A DNA stretch of 64,000 nt from Patescibacteria group bacterium (GCA_020428645.1 JAGQMN010000001.1:532-64531), one strand, 5' to 3'; shown: positions 39,265-49,454, counted from the stretch's first letter. Notes: a model not told the origin generated them from the letters alone. Made by a program: numbers and translations.

Positions 39265-40533
39265 ATGTTAGACATCAAATTTATTAGAGAAAATCGCGAT
39301 ATTGTAAAACAAGCAGCGATGAAAAAACACATCACCGTTGACGTTGATAAACTCGTTGCGCTCGATAACGACCGCCTCGATCTCCTTCGTGAAATTGAGG
39401 CTCTGCGTGCTGAACAGAATGCCCAGTCGGAAAAAATTCAAAATATCGAAGGCGAGGAACGTGAAAACGCTATTATTGCGATGCGTGCATTAAAGGAGAG
39501 TCTCCAAACAAAAGAAGCTGACCATAAAAAAGTAGCAAAGAAATGGCAAGAATTAATGTGGCAGATTCCGAACATACCTGATGTATCAGTACCAGACGGG
39601 GAGAGTGACTCCGATAACATTGAGGTAAAGGTATGGGGAGAGCAAACAACGTTTGACTTTGAACCAAAAGACCACATCGAAATTATGGAAGACCTCGATA
39701 TAGTTGATCTTGAACGTGGTCAAAAGATTCATGGATTCCGTGGGTACTTTTTGAAGGGTGATGCAGTTCGATTATGTTTTGCTATTTGGCAGTACGCACT
39801 CGAATTTTTTGCTGATAAGGGATTTAATCCAATGATTGCACCAGCAATCGTACGTGAGGAAAATCTCTACGGTACTGGACACCTACCGAACGATGCTGAG
39901 GACGTCTACATAACCCAGGATAACGATTACCTCGCGGGAACCGCCGAGGTGCCAGTTATGGGGTACCACAGTGGTGAGGTATTGGATGAAGGACAATTTC
40001 CGATTAAATATTTGGCATTCTCTCCATGTTATCGTCGCGAGGTGGGGAGTCATGGTAAAGATACCAAGGGACTTATTCGTGTTCATGAATTTCAGAAATG
40101 GGAACAGGTCGTGTTGTGTGAAGCGTCACATGAACGGTCAGTAGAACTCCACGAATGGATTAACCGAAATACCGAAGAGTTCATCGAATCACTCGGCATT
40201 CCGTACCACACCGTCTTGAATTGTGGTGGTGATCTCGGACAAGGACAGGTGAAGAAGTACGACGTTGAACTGTGGGTGCCGGGTGAAGAGAAATACCGAG
40301 AGATTTCATCAGCGTCGTATTTTCACGACTTCCAGACTCGCCGGTTTAACATCCGCTACAAAGACGGCGAAGGGAAGATGCGATTTGCACACTCCTTGAA
40401 CTGTACTGCGATCCCAACACCACGAATTTTGGTGTCGTTGGTTGAGAATTTTCAGAATGCTGATGGTTCAATTAGTATTCCTGCAATACTCCAACCGTAC
40501 ATGCGTAATCAAGAGGTTATTAAAAAGAGCTAA
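39265..40533 (+). CDS. serS: Seryl-tRNA synthetase
   Basis: N-terminal coiled coil MLDIKFIREN...; class II motifs including ...FRREVGSHGKDTKGLIRVHEF... and ...RFAHSLNCTAIP... Confidence 0.9.
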   Translation: MLDIKFIRENRDIVKQAAMKKHITVDVDKLVALDNDRLDLLREIEALRAEQNAQSEKIQNIEGEERENAIIAMRALKESLQTKEADHKKVAKKWQELMWQIPNIPDVSVPDGESDSDNIEVKVWGEQTTFDFEPKDHIEIMEDLDIVDLERGQKIHGFRGYFLKGDAVRLCFAIWQYALEFFADKGFNPMIAPAIVREENLYGTGHLPNDAEDVYITQDNDYLAGTAEVPVMGYHSGEVLDEGQFPIKYLAFSPCYRREVGSHGKDTKGLIRVHEFQKWEQVVLCEASHERSVELHEWINRNTEEFIESLGIPYHTVLNCGGDLGQGQVKKYDVELWVPGEEKYREISSASYFHDFQTRRFNIRYKDGEGKMRFAHSLNCTAIPTPRILVSLVENFQNADGSISIPAILQPYMRNQEVIKKS

Positions 40534-40576
40534 CAAGCTTTTTTTATTTCCTTAAAAAATACAGTACAATACCACT

Positions 40577-41533
40577 GTGATTAATAAACGTCCAGTTCCA
40601 AAAACACGACGCGAGAAAAAGCGCAGTAAGAAAAAAATCATTATCCTCATTACAGCGCTCGTCGTTATTATTGGGAGTTTTGTCTATACCATGAACCAAG
40701 ATTCGCTCGCTATTCGTGAGGTGCGCATTGAAGGTCAGCGAACTCTCATTGCATCTGATGTTCGCGATATTATTGATGATTACCTTGGACGCACACTATT
40801 AGGCATACTGCCGAGAGATAATGTCATACTCCTGAGCACTGATAGGCTCACCCAGTATTTAAAAGAAACACTACCAAAGATTGAACACATAGAAATGAGT
40901 ATCGAAAATGGAAATAAATTAGTGGTACATATCGGCGAACGCTCAGCACATTCATTGTGGTGTATTGATCGCGATTATGAATCCGTGTTTGATGAAGAGT
41001 GTTACTTTGCTGATCAAGATGGGCTCTTGTATGCACGCGCACCATATTTTTCAGGTGGCGTGTACATGAAGTTTTTCTTACCACCAAACGATACACAGAA
41101 TGAATACATTGGTCATACGGTTACCGCGGTGAATTCGTTTACTGACTTTTTTGATTTTTTGAATACTCTCGAAGAAATGTATTCATTGGCTGTGCATGGT
41201 GTGTCATTTAATGAATTTGGTGATGTTACTATTGCGCTCTCGCGGGTACGTACACGCGTCTATCCACAAACTATGCCGTATATTATATACAATCAATCCG
41301 ATGACTATGAAACGGTACTGCGGAATGTTGGTATTGTACTGAATTTTGATGATTTCAATCGTGACTTTACGAATCGACCATCATCATTAGAATCAATTGA
41401 TGTACGCTTTGATGGTCGGGTATTCTATACCTTTACTCCTATTGGAGGACGACCCGAACCAGTACCGCAAACAGACAATGACATTCCTGAACCAATTGAA
41501 GAAACTATTCAAGACAACATCAACACCGGTTAA
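40577..41533 (+). CDS. FtsQ/DivIB-like cell-division protein (POTRA domain)
   Basis: Basic N-terminus, a single TM helix, then IREVRIEGQRTLIASDVRDIIDDYLGR, which is POTRA-like. Confidence 0.5.
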   Translation: MINKRPVPKTRREKKRSKKKIIILITALVVIIGSFVYTMNQDSLAIREVRIEGQRTLIASDVRDIIDDYLGRTLLGILPRDNVILLSTDRLTQYLKETLPKIEHIEMSIENGNKLVVHIGERSAHSLWCIDRDYESVFDEECYFADQDGLLYARAPYFSGGVYMKFFLPPNDTQNEYIGHTVTAVNSFTDFFDFLNTLEEMYSLAVHGVSFNEFGDVTIALSRVRTRVYPQTMPYIIYNQSDDYETVLRNVGIVLNFDDFNRDFTNRPSSLESIDVRFDGRVFYTFTPIGGRPEPVPQTDNDIPEPIEETIQDNINTG

Positions 41534-41549
41534 TACAGGTCCTTTTGTC

Positions 41550-42557
41550 ATGGGATTTTGGGATACGCTCCCAAAAAATTTTGTCATCATGGCGCCGATG
41601 GCAGACGTGACCGACTGTGCGTACCGAGAAATTATCGCTAAATACTCTCGCCATGGTGAACCTGGTGGAGGGCCTGATGTGTTCTACACCGAATTTGTTG
41701 CATCTGACGGTTTAAATAATGATATTGGTCGACCGAAATTGATGCACAATTTCAAGTACACAGAAAATGAGCGACCTATCGTTGCACAAATTTTCTCGAA
41801 TAAACCGGCAAGCATCGAATATGCCGCACGCCTGTGTCGCGAGCTTGGTTTTGATGGTATTGATCTCAACATGGGATGCCCGGAACGCAACATTTGCAGA
41901 CAAGGTGCAGGATGCGGGATGATTAAAACACCTGAACTATTACCTGAAATTATTGCTGCTGCAAAACGTGGTGCAGGTGACATTCCCGTTGCGGTGAAAA
42001 CTCGCGCGGGTTGGTCACAGAACGAAATTGAAACGTGGATCCCGGCAATCCTTGAATGTGATGTCGCGGCGATTATTCTCCATGGTCGGACACGTCAGGT
42101 GATGAGTCGTATTCCGGCAAATTGGGATTGGATACAGCGTGCAGGTGAAATTGTGCGGGCGAGCGGTAAACCGACAAAATTCATTGGTAACGGTGATATT
42201 CAGTCGGTAGCCCAGGCGAAAGAGTACTGCCGGAAATATGGCACTGACGGAGTAATGATAGCCCGCGCTATTTTTGGTAATCCGTGGTTGTTCGATACTG
42301 AAAAAACCGAGGTGTCGGTACGTGAGAAACTTGACGTTATGCTCGAACACACCAGGATATTTATCCGAGAACTGTCGGACCACAAAAATTTTGCTGTGAT
42401 GAAGAAACACTACAAGGCGTACATATCGGGATTTGATGGAGCAAAGGAACTTCGCGTAAAGTTAATGGAGTCAAATTCGTACGAGGAAATTGAACAGCAT
42501 GTGAAAGAGTGGATAGCACAATATCCAGAACGATTGAATGTGATGATTCCGTGTTAA
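41550..42557 (+). CDS. dus: tRNA-dihydrouridine synthase
   Basis: MAPMADVTDCAYREI...IAQIFSNKP...DGIDLNMGCP...VAVKTR...DGVMIARAIFGNPWLF follows the Dus family FMN/TIM-barrel motifs. Start set at the ATG at 41550. Confidence 0.85.
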   Translation: MGFWDTLPKNFVIMAPMADVTDCAYREIIAKYSRHGEPGGGPDVFYTEFVASDGLNNDIGRPKLMHNFKYTENERPIVAQIFSNKPASIEYAARLCRELGFDGIDLNMGCPERNICRQGAGCGMIKTPELLPEIIAAAKRGAGDIPVAVKTRAGWSQNEIETWIPAILECDVAAIILHGRTRQVMSRIPANWDWIQRAGEIVRASGKPTKFIGNGDIQSVAQAKEYCRKYGTDGVMIARAIFGNPWLFDTEKTEVSVREKLDVMLEHTRIFIRELSDHKNFAVMKKHYKAYISGFDGAKELRVKLMESNSYEEIEQHVKEWIAQYPERLNVMIPC

Positions 42558-42604
42558 AAAGCTTCCCGAACCCAGGAAGCTTTTGTTTGATTATTATTTT
42601 AAGT

Positions 42605-43108
42605 TTAACTTAGAAGTTTCAATAAGTCATTAAGTCTTTGAATCTCTCTATTTTCATAGGGAAGTGTAGGATTATCTCTGTTTTGTTCGTACACCTTATT
42701 TTTGGCCAAATTTTGGTCGATATAATTTTGCATGCGCTTTGCTCGTTCGGAAATTGAAACTCGTATTTTGTTTATTTCTTTTTCCACGTTTGTTTTTAAG
42801 TATTCTTTTTTGTCCGGGTCAGAAATATCAATTTTGAAGAATCTCCAGAGCAAAACAGAATGATAATCCGGATGAAACCCGAACAATAACCCTCCAGCCA
42901 AGCTACTTAGTAGTACTACCGTTAATATTGTAGGATGTGCTGTGAACAATAAAAACAAATTCCCATCAGTAGTCATTTTCAGAGGTGGTGAAACCAGAAA
43001 TGTTAAAATTGGTCCAGAACTGGTGAGCACAAAAAAAAATAAGAAGTACTCTACACCTACACAAAAATTATGTATTTTGGTGTAACGAAATAATATTCTG
43101 TTTTTCAT
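42605..43108 (-). CDS. Hypothetical membrane protein (167 aa)
   Basis: Three N-terminal TM helices. ORF only. Confidence 0.4.
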   Translation of the reverse strand: MKNRILFRYTKIHNFCVGVEYFLFFFVLTSSGPILTFLVSPPLKMTTDGNLFLLFTAHPTILTVVLLSSLAGGLLFGFHPDYHSVLLWRFFKIDISDPDKKEYLKTNVEKEINKIRVSISERAKRMQNYIDQNLAKNKVYEQNRDNPTLPYENREIQRLNDLLKLLS

Positions 43109-43225
43109 AATCGTAAGGATTAAGTTAATATGATTTTTTAAAATTTTACCAATTTATATATATTATGTCAATAATCATGTTACAAATCCCCATAACTCTT
43201 ATTTCCAGTATGGTATACTATCCTC

Positions 43226-44266
<1,041 letters not shown>

Positions 44267-44270
44267 CACG

Positions 44271-44291
44271 AATCGCTACACGGTAGCGATT
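44271..44291 (+). terminator. Hairpin after dnaX (aatcgctac-acg-gtagcgatt)
   Basis: Perfect 9-bp stem followed by tatcatt. The T-run is weak. Confidence 0.35.
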
Positions 44292-44296
44292 TATCA

Positions 44297-44317
44297 TTGC
44301 CAGATCGTCTAATGGTA
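44297..44317 (+). repeat. 21-nt direct repeat identical to the 5' end of the downstream tRNA-Gln (acceptor 5' strand plus D-arm)
   Basis: ttgccagatcgtctaatggta is identical at 44297-44317 and 44488-44508. The sequences diverge immediately after. Confidence 0.7.
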
Positions 44318-44488
44318 TGGAATGAAATACTACCTGCGTAGTATTTCATCCAGTTCCGAGCATATGCGAGGAAATCACCGTTGTGAACTTGGTGAACAGG
44401 GGATAGGCTAGGTTTTGCTCAAAACCTGGAGTTTCCTTACATACGTGAAGTTATTTATGTATAAATATAAAATACTTCAATAAATTAT

Positions 44489-44559
44489 TGCCAGATCGTC
44501 TAATGGTAGGACTCCAGGTTTTGGTCCTGGCTATCTAGGTTCGAATCCTAGTCTGGCAG
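44489..44559 (+). tRNA. tRNA-Gln (anticodon UUG)
   Basis: Folded by hand into a cloverleaf. Acceptor TGCCAGA/TCTGGCA, D-stem GTCT/GGAC, anticodon stem CCAGG/CCTGG with loop TTTTGGT (anticodon TTG), T-arm CTAGG-TTCGAAT-CCTAG, discriminator G. CCA is not encoded. Confidence 0.8.
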
Positions 44560-44573
44560 CATATGTAAACAAA

Positions 44574-44605
44574 ACAGAATCCGAAAGGGTTCTGTTTTGC
44601 TTTTG
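44574..44605 (+). terminator. Intrinsic terminator downstream of tRNA-Gln
   Basis: acagaatcc-GAAA-gggttctgt stem with a GNRA loop, followed by ttttgcttttg. Confidence 0.5.
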
Positions 44606-44732
44606 CATACCTGTTCACGCTAGGATTCGAAAAGAGGTGCGCCCGAAGGCTGGCGTACGCCAGAAGCACCGGCGGGGTCGAGCGAATGAGATGTTTTGAG
44701 AACTCGTTCGAAAAAATATCCATGAGGGTGAC

Positions 44733-44752
44733 CGAATCCTAGTCTGGCAGCA
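44733..44752 (+). repeat. 20-nt direct repeat identical to the 3' end of tRNA-Gln (T-loop 3' half, T-stem, acceptor 3' strand, discriminator, CA)
   Basis: cgaatcctagtctggcagca is identical at 44542-44561 and 44733-44752. This is an att-like duplication. Confidence 0.7.
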
Positions 44753-44799
44753 CGCAAGGGTATCTACCTAGATACCTAAAAATGTTAAAATGGAGATAT

Positions 44800-45207
44800 A
44801 TGAGTAAAGATTACATACAAAACGTAGCGCCTGAAGATTACAAAAAGAGAGGTGTGTATACTCCAGCAAAAAAGATTGATATGGGGAACTTTTATCAAAT
44901 CTACGTGTCTGGTGTACAAGCGCCAAAAGATGAAAATCATAAGGTGGTAACAAATGACATTGAAGAGCAAACCAAATTGGTGTTTGAAGATATCAAGAAA
45001 ATACTAGAACAAGCTGGGGCAACGTTAGACGATGTGATAAAGGCAGTGATCTATGTAACTGATATGAATGAGTTTGATAAGGTCTCTGAAATTAGAGGTG
45101 AGTATTTTAAAAAATCTATGCCCGTAAGTACACTCGTTGAGGTAAATCGTATGACAAGGACTGGTGCTAAAATTGAGATCGAGGTAACAGCTATTGTGGC
45201 GAAATAA
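44800..45207 (+). CDS. ridA: RidA/YjgF-family reactive-intermediate deaminase
   Basis: YVSGVQAP...VIYVTDMNEFDKVSEIRGEYF...PVSTLVEVNRMTRTGAKIEIEVTAIV is the RidA signature pattern. Confidence 0.8.
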   Translation: MSKDYIQNVAPEDYKKRGVYTPAKKIDMGNFYQIYVSGVQAPKDENHKVVTNDIEEQTKLVFEDIKKILEQAGATLDDVIKAVIYVTDMNEFDKVSEIRGEYFKKSMPVSTLVEVNRMTRTGAKIEIEVTAIVAK

Positions 45208-45211
45208 TTTT

Positions 45212-45742
45212 ATGAATGCTTATATATTTCATGGTACAGAAGGAACACCAGACGAAAATTGGTTTCCTTGGTTAAAATCACAATTAGATAGTATTGGGAT
45301 CACTGCGGAAGTACCTCAACTATCAAACTCTAAAAACCCAAATGTAAACAAATGGCTTACCGAAGCTTCTGAATTTAAAACAGGAGAAGATACTATTTTG
45401 ATTGGACACAGTTTAGGCGCAGTCTTGATATTGAGAATGCTTGAACGAGGACACAAAGCAAAAGCGGTATATTTAGTTGCACCGTTTTTAGATGATCTGG
45501 GTTGGGAGGTATTAAAGGAATCTCTATTTTTTGCTGACAGTTTTGATTGGCATCAAATAAAGAAGCAATGTGAATATTTTGAAGTCTTTGCTTCAAAGAA
45601 TGACCCTTACGTATCTCTAGAAAATGTGAAAGAGGTTGCTGATAATTTAGAAGTTGAACCTCAGGTACTTGATGTGAATAAGCATTTCAATACAGAAGAT
45701 TTTCCATATCTTTTTGAAAGGATCAATCTACTCAACAAATAA
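45212..45742 (+). CDS. Alpha/beta hydrolase, YdeN/RBBP9-like serine hydrolase family
   Basis: IFHGTEG, then the nucleophile elbow GHSLGAV (GxSxG). About 177 aa, which is typical for this family. Confidence 0.65.
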   Translation: MNAYIFHGTEGTPDENWFPWLKSQLDSIGITAEVPQLSNSKNPNVNKWLTEASEFKTGEDTILIGHSLGAVLILRMLERGHKAKAVYLVAPFLDDLGWEVLKESLFFADSFDWHQIKKQCEYFEVFASKNDPYVSLENVKEVADNLEVEPQVLDVNKHFNTEDFPYLFERINLLNK

Positions 45743-45929
45743 TTTTTTTGTCTTTTAGCACGACTTTGGTTTTGATATTTCCCAACACCTCACGCTTCTC
45801 TAAAACTGATCCGTTTTTCAGTAGATATTTTAGATAGTTCCTCACATCGATATCCTTCACTTTGATATCAGTGTTTTCAGTATTCATTACCTCCTGAAAC
45901 TTCTTGAACCGCTTGATCTCATCTTTCAT
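45732..45929 (-). CDS. Hypothetical small protein (65 aa)
   Basis: ORF only. It overlaps the hydrolase stop. Confidence 0.2.
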   Translation of the reverse strand: MKDEIKRFKKFQEVMNTENTDIKVKDIDVRNYLKYLLKNGSVLEKREVLGNIKTKVVLKDKKIIC

Positions 45930-46115
45930 CCTCTTTTATTTCCTCAAAAACCCTTTAAAACATTGAAGTGGTTAGGTACTCAACCTAAGCACGCAGTAAC
46001 TCAAAAATCACCATACAAGAAAGGTGACCCCTTTATTTTAATTATGAATATAAAACATTGACAATATTTTAATATTTTAGTAAATTTAAATTAAATACTT
46101 TAAATTTCTCTAAAA

Positions 46116-46514
46116 ATGAAACAAATACTTCTCTTTTGTATCGCGTTTTTTTTACTATCATGTGAAGGTGATAGAACTCTTCAGTATGTTTATGTGAAAA
46201 ACCCACACCACCTTGACTACCACATTCTAAAAGGAAAGGAATACTTTTTTATACCCGACTCTCTCAAAGAGAAACATAGAAAATGGGTAAGTGAAACGAT
46301 ATCAAATGCATCTTACCACTTATCGGCTGGAAGGTATAAAAATGTTGATGAAACCATAAGACAAATTGAACGAACAGCAAAAAATCTGTTTTCTGAAGTT
46401 GAAGACGGATTATTGATATGGGAAAAAGATTTTCCAGAAGATGTGGAATTCATTCCTTATTCCGAATTAGGAAAAGAAGAACGCGATATTTATTTGTCAC
46501 TTAAGGTTGAGTAA
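46116..46514 (+). CDS. Putative lipoprotein (132 aa)
   Basis: Signal peptide with a lipobox-like FFLLSC sequence, where the Cys follows the hydrophobic core. Confidence 0.5.
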   Translation: MKQILLFCIAFFLLSCEGDRTLQYVYVKNPHHLDYHILKGKEYFFIPDSLKEKHRKWVSETISNASYHLSAGRYKNVDETIRQIERTAKNLFSEVEDGLLIWEKDFPEDVEFIPYSELGKEERDIYLSLKVE

Positions 46515-46681
46515 GATACTCCCGCTTAATGCACTAGCTGATATTCAGTTAGTGCATTTATTTAATAGTAATTTTGTCTGGTTAAAAATTAGGCTAATAC
46601 TAATAGTGTTTAGTGTGTCACTTTATTATTGGTCATTACAAACAACGCAAAAGTAATTTATTCTCTTTCAGTGTTTCGTGA

Positions 46682-48583
46682 ATGAAGGTATACTCCTTGT
46701 ATATGAATCACAAAAAACGAATAAATATTTTATCCGGTATTGTTGCTCTAGTCATCTTTGCTATGCTTCCACCCTTTGCGCATGCAGCTCCGGTAATCAC
46801 TACGGTTACACCACAAGCAGACGGAACCTACACGACATCATTCGGTATTAACCTACAGTTGACCGTTGATGATATTGTAACCGTGACCGGAGAACCGTAC
46901 GTTGAATTTTTAATCGGTTCTCGAGTATATCAGGCCATACATTTCTCTACTGGTTTCCCTGGTGGAGGTGTTACGGTTCTGGGGTTTGTAGAAGGGGTTG
47001 AATCATACCACGCAGACAGCGATGGTGTTGAGATGCTCTCACCTATTATTTTGAATGGTGGAACAATTCGGAACGCAGGCAGTGAAGATCTCGTGCTCAC
47101 CTTTACTGAACCTAATACGTCAGGGGTGTTAGCTAATCCAAATGGGTCCGAAGTTGTTACGTTTTCACCGAGCCATAATGAGACAGGAGTTTCAGTCGAT
47201 ACCAACCTCGTGATGACGTTTGACGAAACAGTCGGTGCTGCATCTGGCAACGTGTTGATTAAACGCGCCTATGATGATGCAATCATCCAAACCATTGATG
47301 TTGCTGGCGGACCTGTTTCAGGAAATGGAACGACTACCATTACCATCAACCCTGAAACTGACCTTGATCCTGCGACCACTTACTATGTCGATATGAACGA
47401 AGGAGTGTTCCGAGATACCGACAGCGGTACGGATTTTGGGGGTGTTTCTGGAGAATACTTTTGGACGTTTACGACTGCGGGCACGGGTTCCGGTCGCATT
47501 GCGCCGTCCCCATCTACGGTAACAGTGGCTGAAGGTGATACGGTAGATATCGGAGTTCTGCTCGATCAACCGATTGTTGGTGATACCGAAGTGCAAATTG
47601 ACATCAGTTCTGCCGATACCAACAGAATCACCTCTAATGTTTCGAGTATTACGATCGATGCTGATACTTGGGAACAATCGGGAAACTTTACCCTCACGGC
47701 AGTTGATGATGATATCGACAATGTGAGCAATCAAGTTGTGGTCACCCTGACAGCAAACACAACAGCTGCATATTACGATGGTTTTGAAAATACCGTGACG
47801 GTGACGATTACCGATGATGATACGGCTGGAATCACCGCGCCGATTCCTATTCAATCAGTTACTGAGCACCCGACCTCGCCAACCATTGATACTATGAGTT
47901 TCGTTTTGGATTCCGAACCAACCGATGACGTTGTTATTACACCATCTTCATTGCGAAACCAAGTGAGTTTTAGCCCAACGAGCATTACCTTTACCAGCGC
48001 GAATTGGGATGATCAGCAGTCGATTACTACGAGTGCGATTGATGATAATAATTATGAAGGTACGCATAGCGATACCATTACGTTTAGTATCAGTTCTACG
48101 GATGCAATCTACGCGGCACTCTCTCTTGATGATGTTCCAGTCACCATTATAGATGATGAACAACCAACACGAAGTGGATCGAGGATGAATCCTGTTGTTG
48201 TACGCCAATTATTTGCCGATGCTGAATCATCTATTGAAGAAGAATCAACCATTGATGATGTTATTCAGTGTACCCAAGATCAATCTTTAACTCAGAACCT
48301 CACCAGGGGAGCCATTGATGGTCGCCCGCACGCGTATGCTGGTGGTATCGTAATCGATGTTGCACGTTTACAGAATTATATAAATCAGATACTAAAAGAC
48401 CGTTACTCGTTTGCTGCAGGTCCCATTGATGGTATGTTTGGGCCGTTGACGAAGCAGGGAGTAGTGAGAATGCAGCAAGTATTGATTAACGAGTACGGCT
48501 ATGATCTTGGTCCATTCGGTGCTGATGGAATCGTTGGTCCAATGACCCGTTCCGCGATTAATGCGTGGTGTAGTCGTGAATGA
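46682..48583 (+). CDS. Secreted or cell-surface protein with bacterial Ig-like repeats and a C-terminal peptidoglycan-binding domain
   Basis: N-terminal signal/anchor, then Ig-like segments (SPSHNETGVSVDTNLVMTFDETV...) and T/D/V-rich repeats. The C-terminal DGMFGPLTKQGVVRMQQ...GADGIVGPMTRSAINAW matches the PG_binding_1 motif DGxFGxxT...A. Confidence 0.6.
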   Translation: MKVYSLYMNHKKRINILSGIVALVIFAMLPPFAHAAPVITTVTPQADGTYTTSFGINLQLTVDDIVTVTGEPYVEFLIGSRVYQAIHFSTGFPGGGVTVLGFVEGVESYHADSDGVEMLSPIILNGGTIRNAGSEDLVLTFTEPNTSGVLANPNGSEVVTFSPSHNETGVSVDTNLVMTFDETVGAASGNVLIKRAYDDAIIQTIDVAGGPVSGNGTTTITINPETDLDPATTYYVDMNEGVFRDTDSGTDFGGVSGEYFWTFTTAGTGSGRIAPSPSTVTVAEGDTVDIGVLLDQPIVGDTEVQIDISSADTNRITSNVSSITIDADTWEQSGNFTLTAVDDDIDNVSNQVVVTLTANTTAAYYDGFENTVTVTITDDDTAGITAPIPIQSVTEHPTSPTIDTMSFVLDSEPTDDVVITPSSLRNQVSFSPTSITFTSANWDDQQSITTSAIDDNNYEGTHSDTITFSISSTDAIYAALSLDDVPVTIIDDEQPTRSGSRMNPVVVRQLFADAESSIEEESTIDDVIQCTQDQSLTQNLTRGAIDGRPHAYAGGIVIDVARLQNYINQILKDRYSFAAGPIDGMFGPLTKQGVVRMQQVLINEYGYDLGPFGADGIVGPMTRSAINAWCSRE

Positions 48584-48593
48584 TCACACAAAT

Positions 48594-48625
48594 AAAAATC
48601 ACCATATTCTGTATGGTGATTTTTG
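48594..48625 (+). terminator. Intrinsic terminator after the surface-protein gene
   Basis: Perfect 13-bp stem aaaaatcaccata/tatggtgattttt with loop ttctg. A TATAAT -10 box follows at 48649-48654. Confidence 0.5.
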
Positions 48626-48660
48626 ATTCGAAAATGATCCTCATTTGGTATAATATTTCT

Positions 48661-48969
48661 ATGTTTAAAAAATATGTACATTATCTACAAAATAATCCTC
48701 AACATTTTTGGTTCAAACGTAAGATTTGGGGGTGGGGATGGATACCTGCGACATGGGAAGGTGTGTTGACGACCTTGGTGTATATCGTATTGGTTTCCTT
48801 TCTTGTGTTACATCGAGAGGAATCTATTCCTGGTAGTCCTGATTCAGGAAGTAATTTCTTGGTGCTCGGTTTACCTATTATTCTTTTGACTATCTTATTC
48901 ATTTTTATTGCTTATAAGAAAGGAGAAAAACCAAAATGGCAGTGGGGTTTAGATCAAAAAGAAAAATAA
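48661..48969 (+). CDS. Hypothetical membrane protein (102 aa from the ATG at 48661)
   Basis: W-rich N-terminus and two TM helices. Start chosen downstream of the terminator and -10 box rather than the overlapping ORF start at 48580. Confidence 0.4.
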   Translation: MFKKYVHYLQNNPQHFWFKRKIWGWGWIPATWEGVLTTLVYIVLVSFLVLHREESIPGSPDSGSNFLVLGLPIILLTILFIFIAYKKGEKPKWQWGLDQKEK

Positions 48970-49175
48970 CCCTTTAGTTTTAAGGAGTAAATAAAAACTC
49001 AAAAATCATTTATTATGATTTTTTGGTATAATTTATTCATGAAATTTTTAAAGAAAAATAATAAAAAAGAGTCTTGGTGCGTGTTTCTGTTAGGTCTTCT
49101 CTTTGTATATTTAATTTTAGGTATTTTAGATTTATTATTTCCACGTTTACTTTAAGTTCTTCGTTTTTCTTAAAT

Positions 49176-49448
49176 ATGAAAAATCTTTTTCAAATTTTAA
49201 TCCTCATTGGAGTCGTATACATTATTATCTATAGGTTTAAACAACAACGAAACTATAGTAACTTTGACGATTACCTTACCCAAAAACGCGTCTCCCTCAG
49301 TACCGACAAGTATCGGCGATTCCTTGAACAAAAACGTGCTGAGGTACAATCACAGATACGTATCCGAGAACAAAAAGGACTCAAACCTGATCCTGTGCTT
49401 GATGGTGTGCTTAAAACTCTGGAAGAGGAACAGCGGAAACTAGGATGA
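49176..49448 (+). CDS. Hypothetical small membrane protein (90 aa)
   Basis: N-terminal TM (LFQILILIGVVYIIIY), then a charged coiled-coil-like tail. Confidence 0.35.
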   Translation: MKNLFQILILIGVVYIIIYRFKQQRNYSNFDDYLTQKRVSLSTDKYRRFLEQKRAEVQSQIRIREQKGLKPDPVLDGVLKTLEEEQRKLG

Positions 49449-49454
49449 TTAAAA

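Noticed and set aside
41397-41549. Longer dus ORF starting at 41397
   Set aside because: It overlaps the ftsQ-like gene. The Dus homology begins at MGFWDT...MAPMADVTD, at the ATG at 41550.
44297-44560. Intron-containing or split tRNA explaining the duplicated tRNA ends
   Set aside because: The upstream 21-nt copy covers only the acceptor and D-arm, and what follows cannot form the D-stem or an anticodon arm. The middle copy is a complete canonical cloverleaf by itself. Partial duplication, meaning att-like scars, is simpler.
44619-44700. SRP (4.5S) RNA identity for the GC-rich structured segment
   Set aside because: Only a GAAGCA element and a GGUGC/GCACC pairing resemble helix 8. The AGCAGCC and tetraloop context do not match well enough, so I report it only as a candidate structured RNA.
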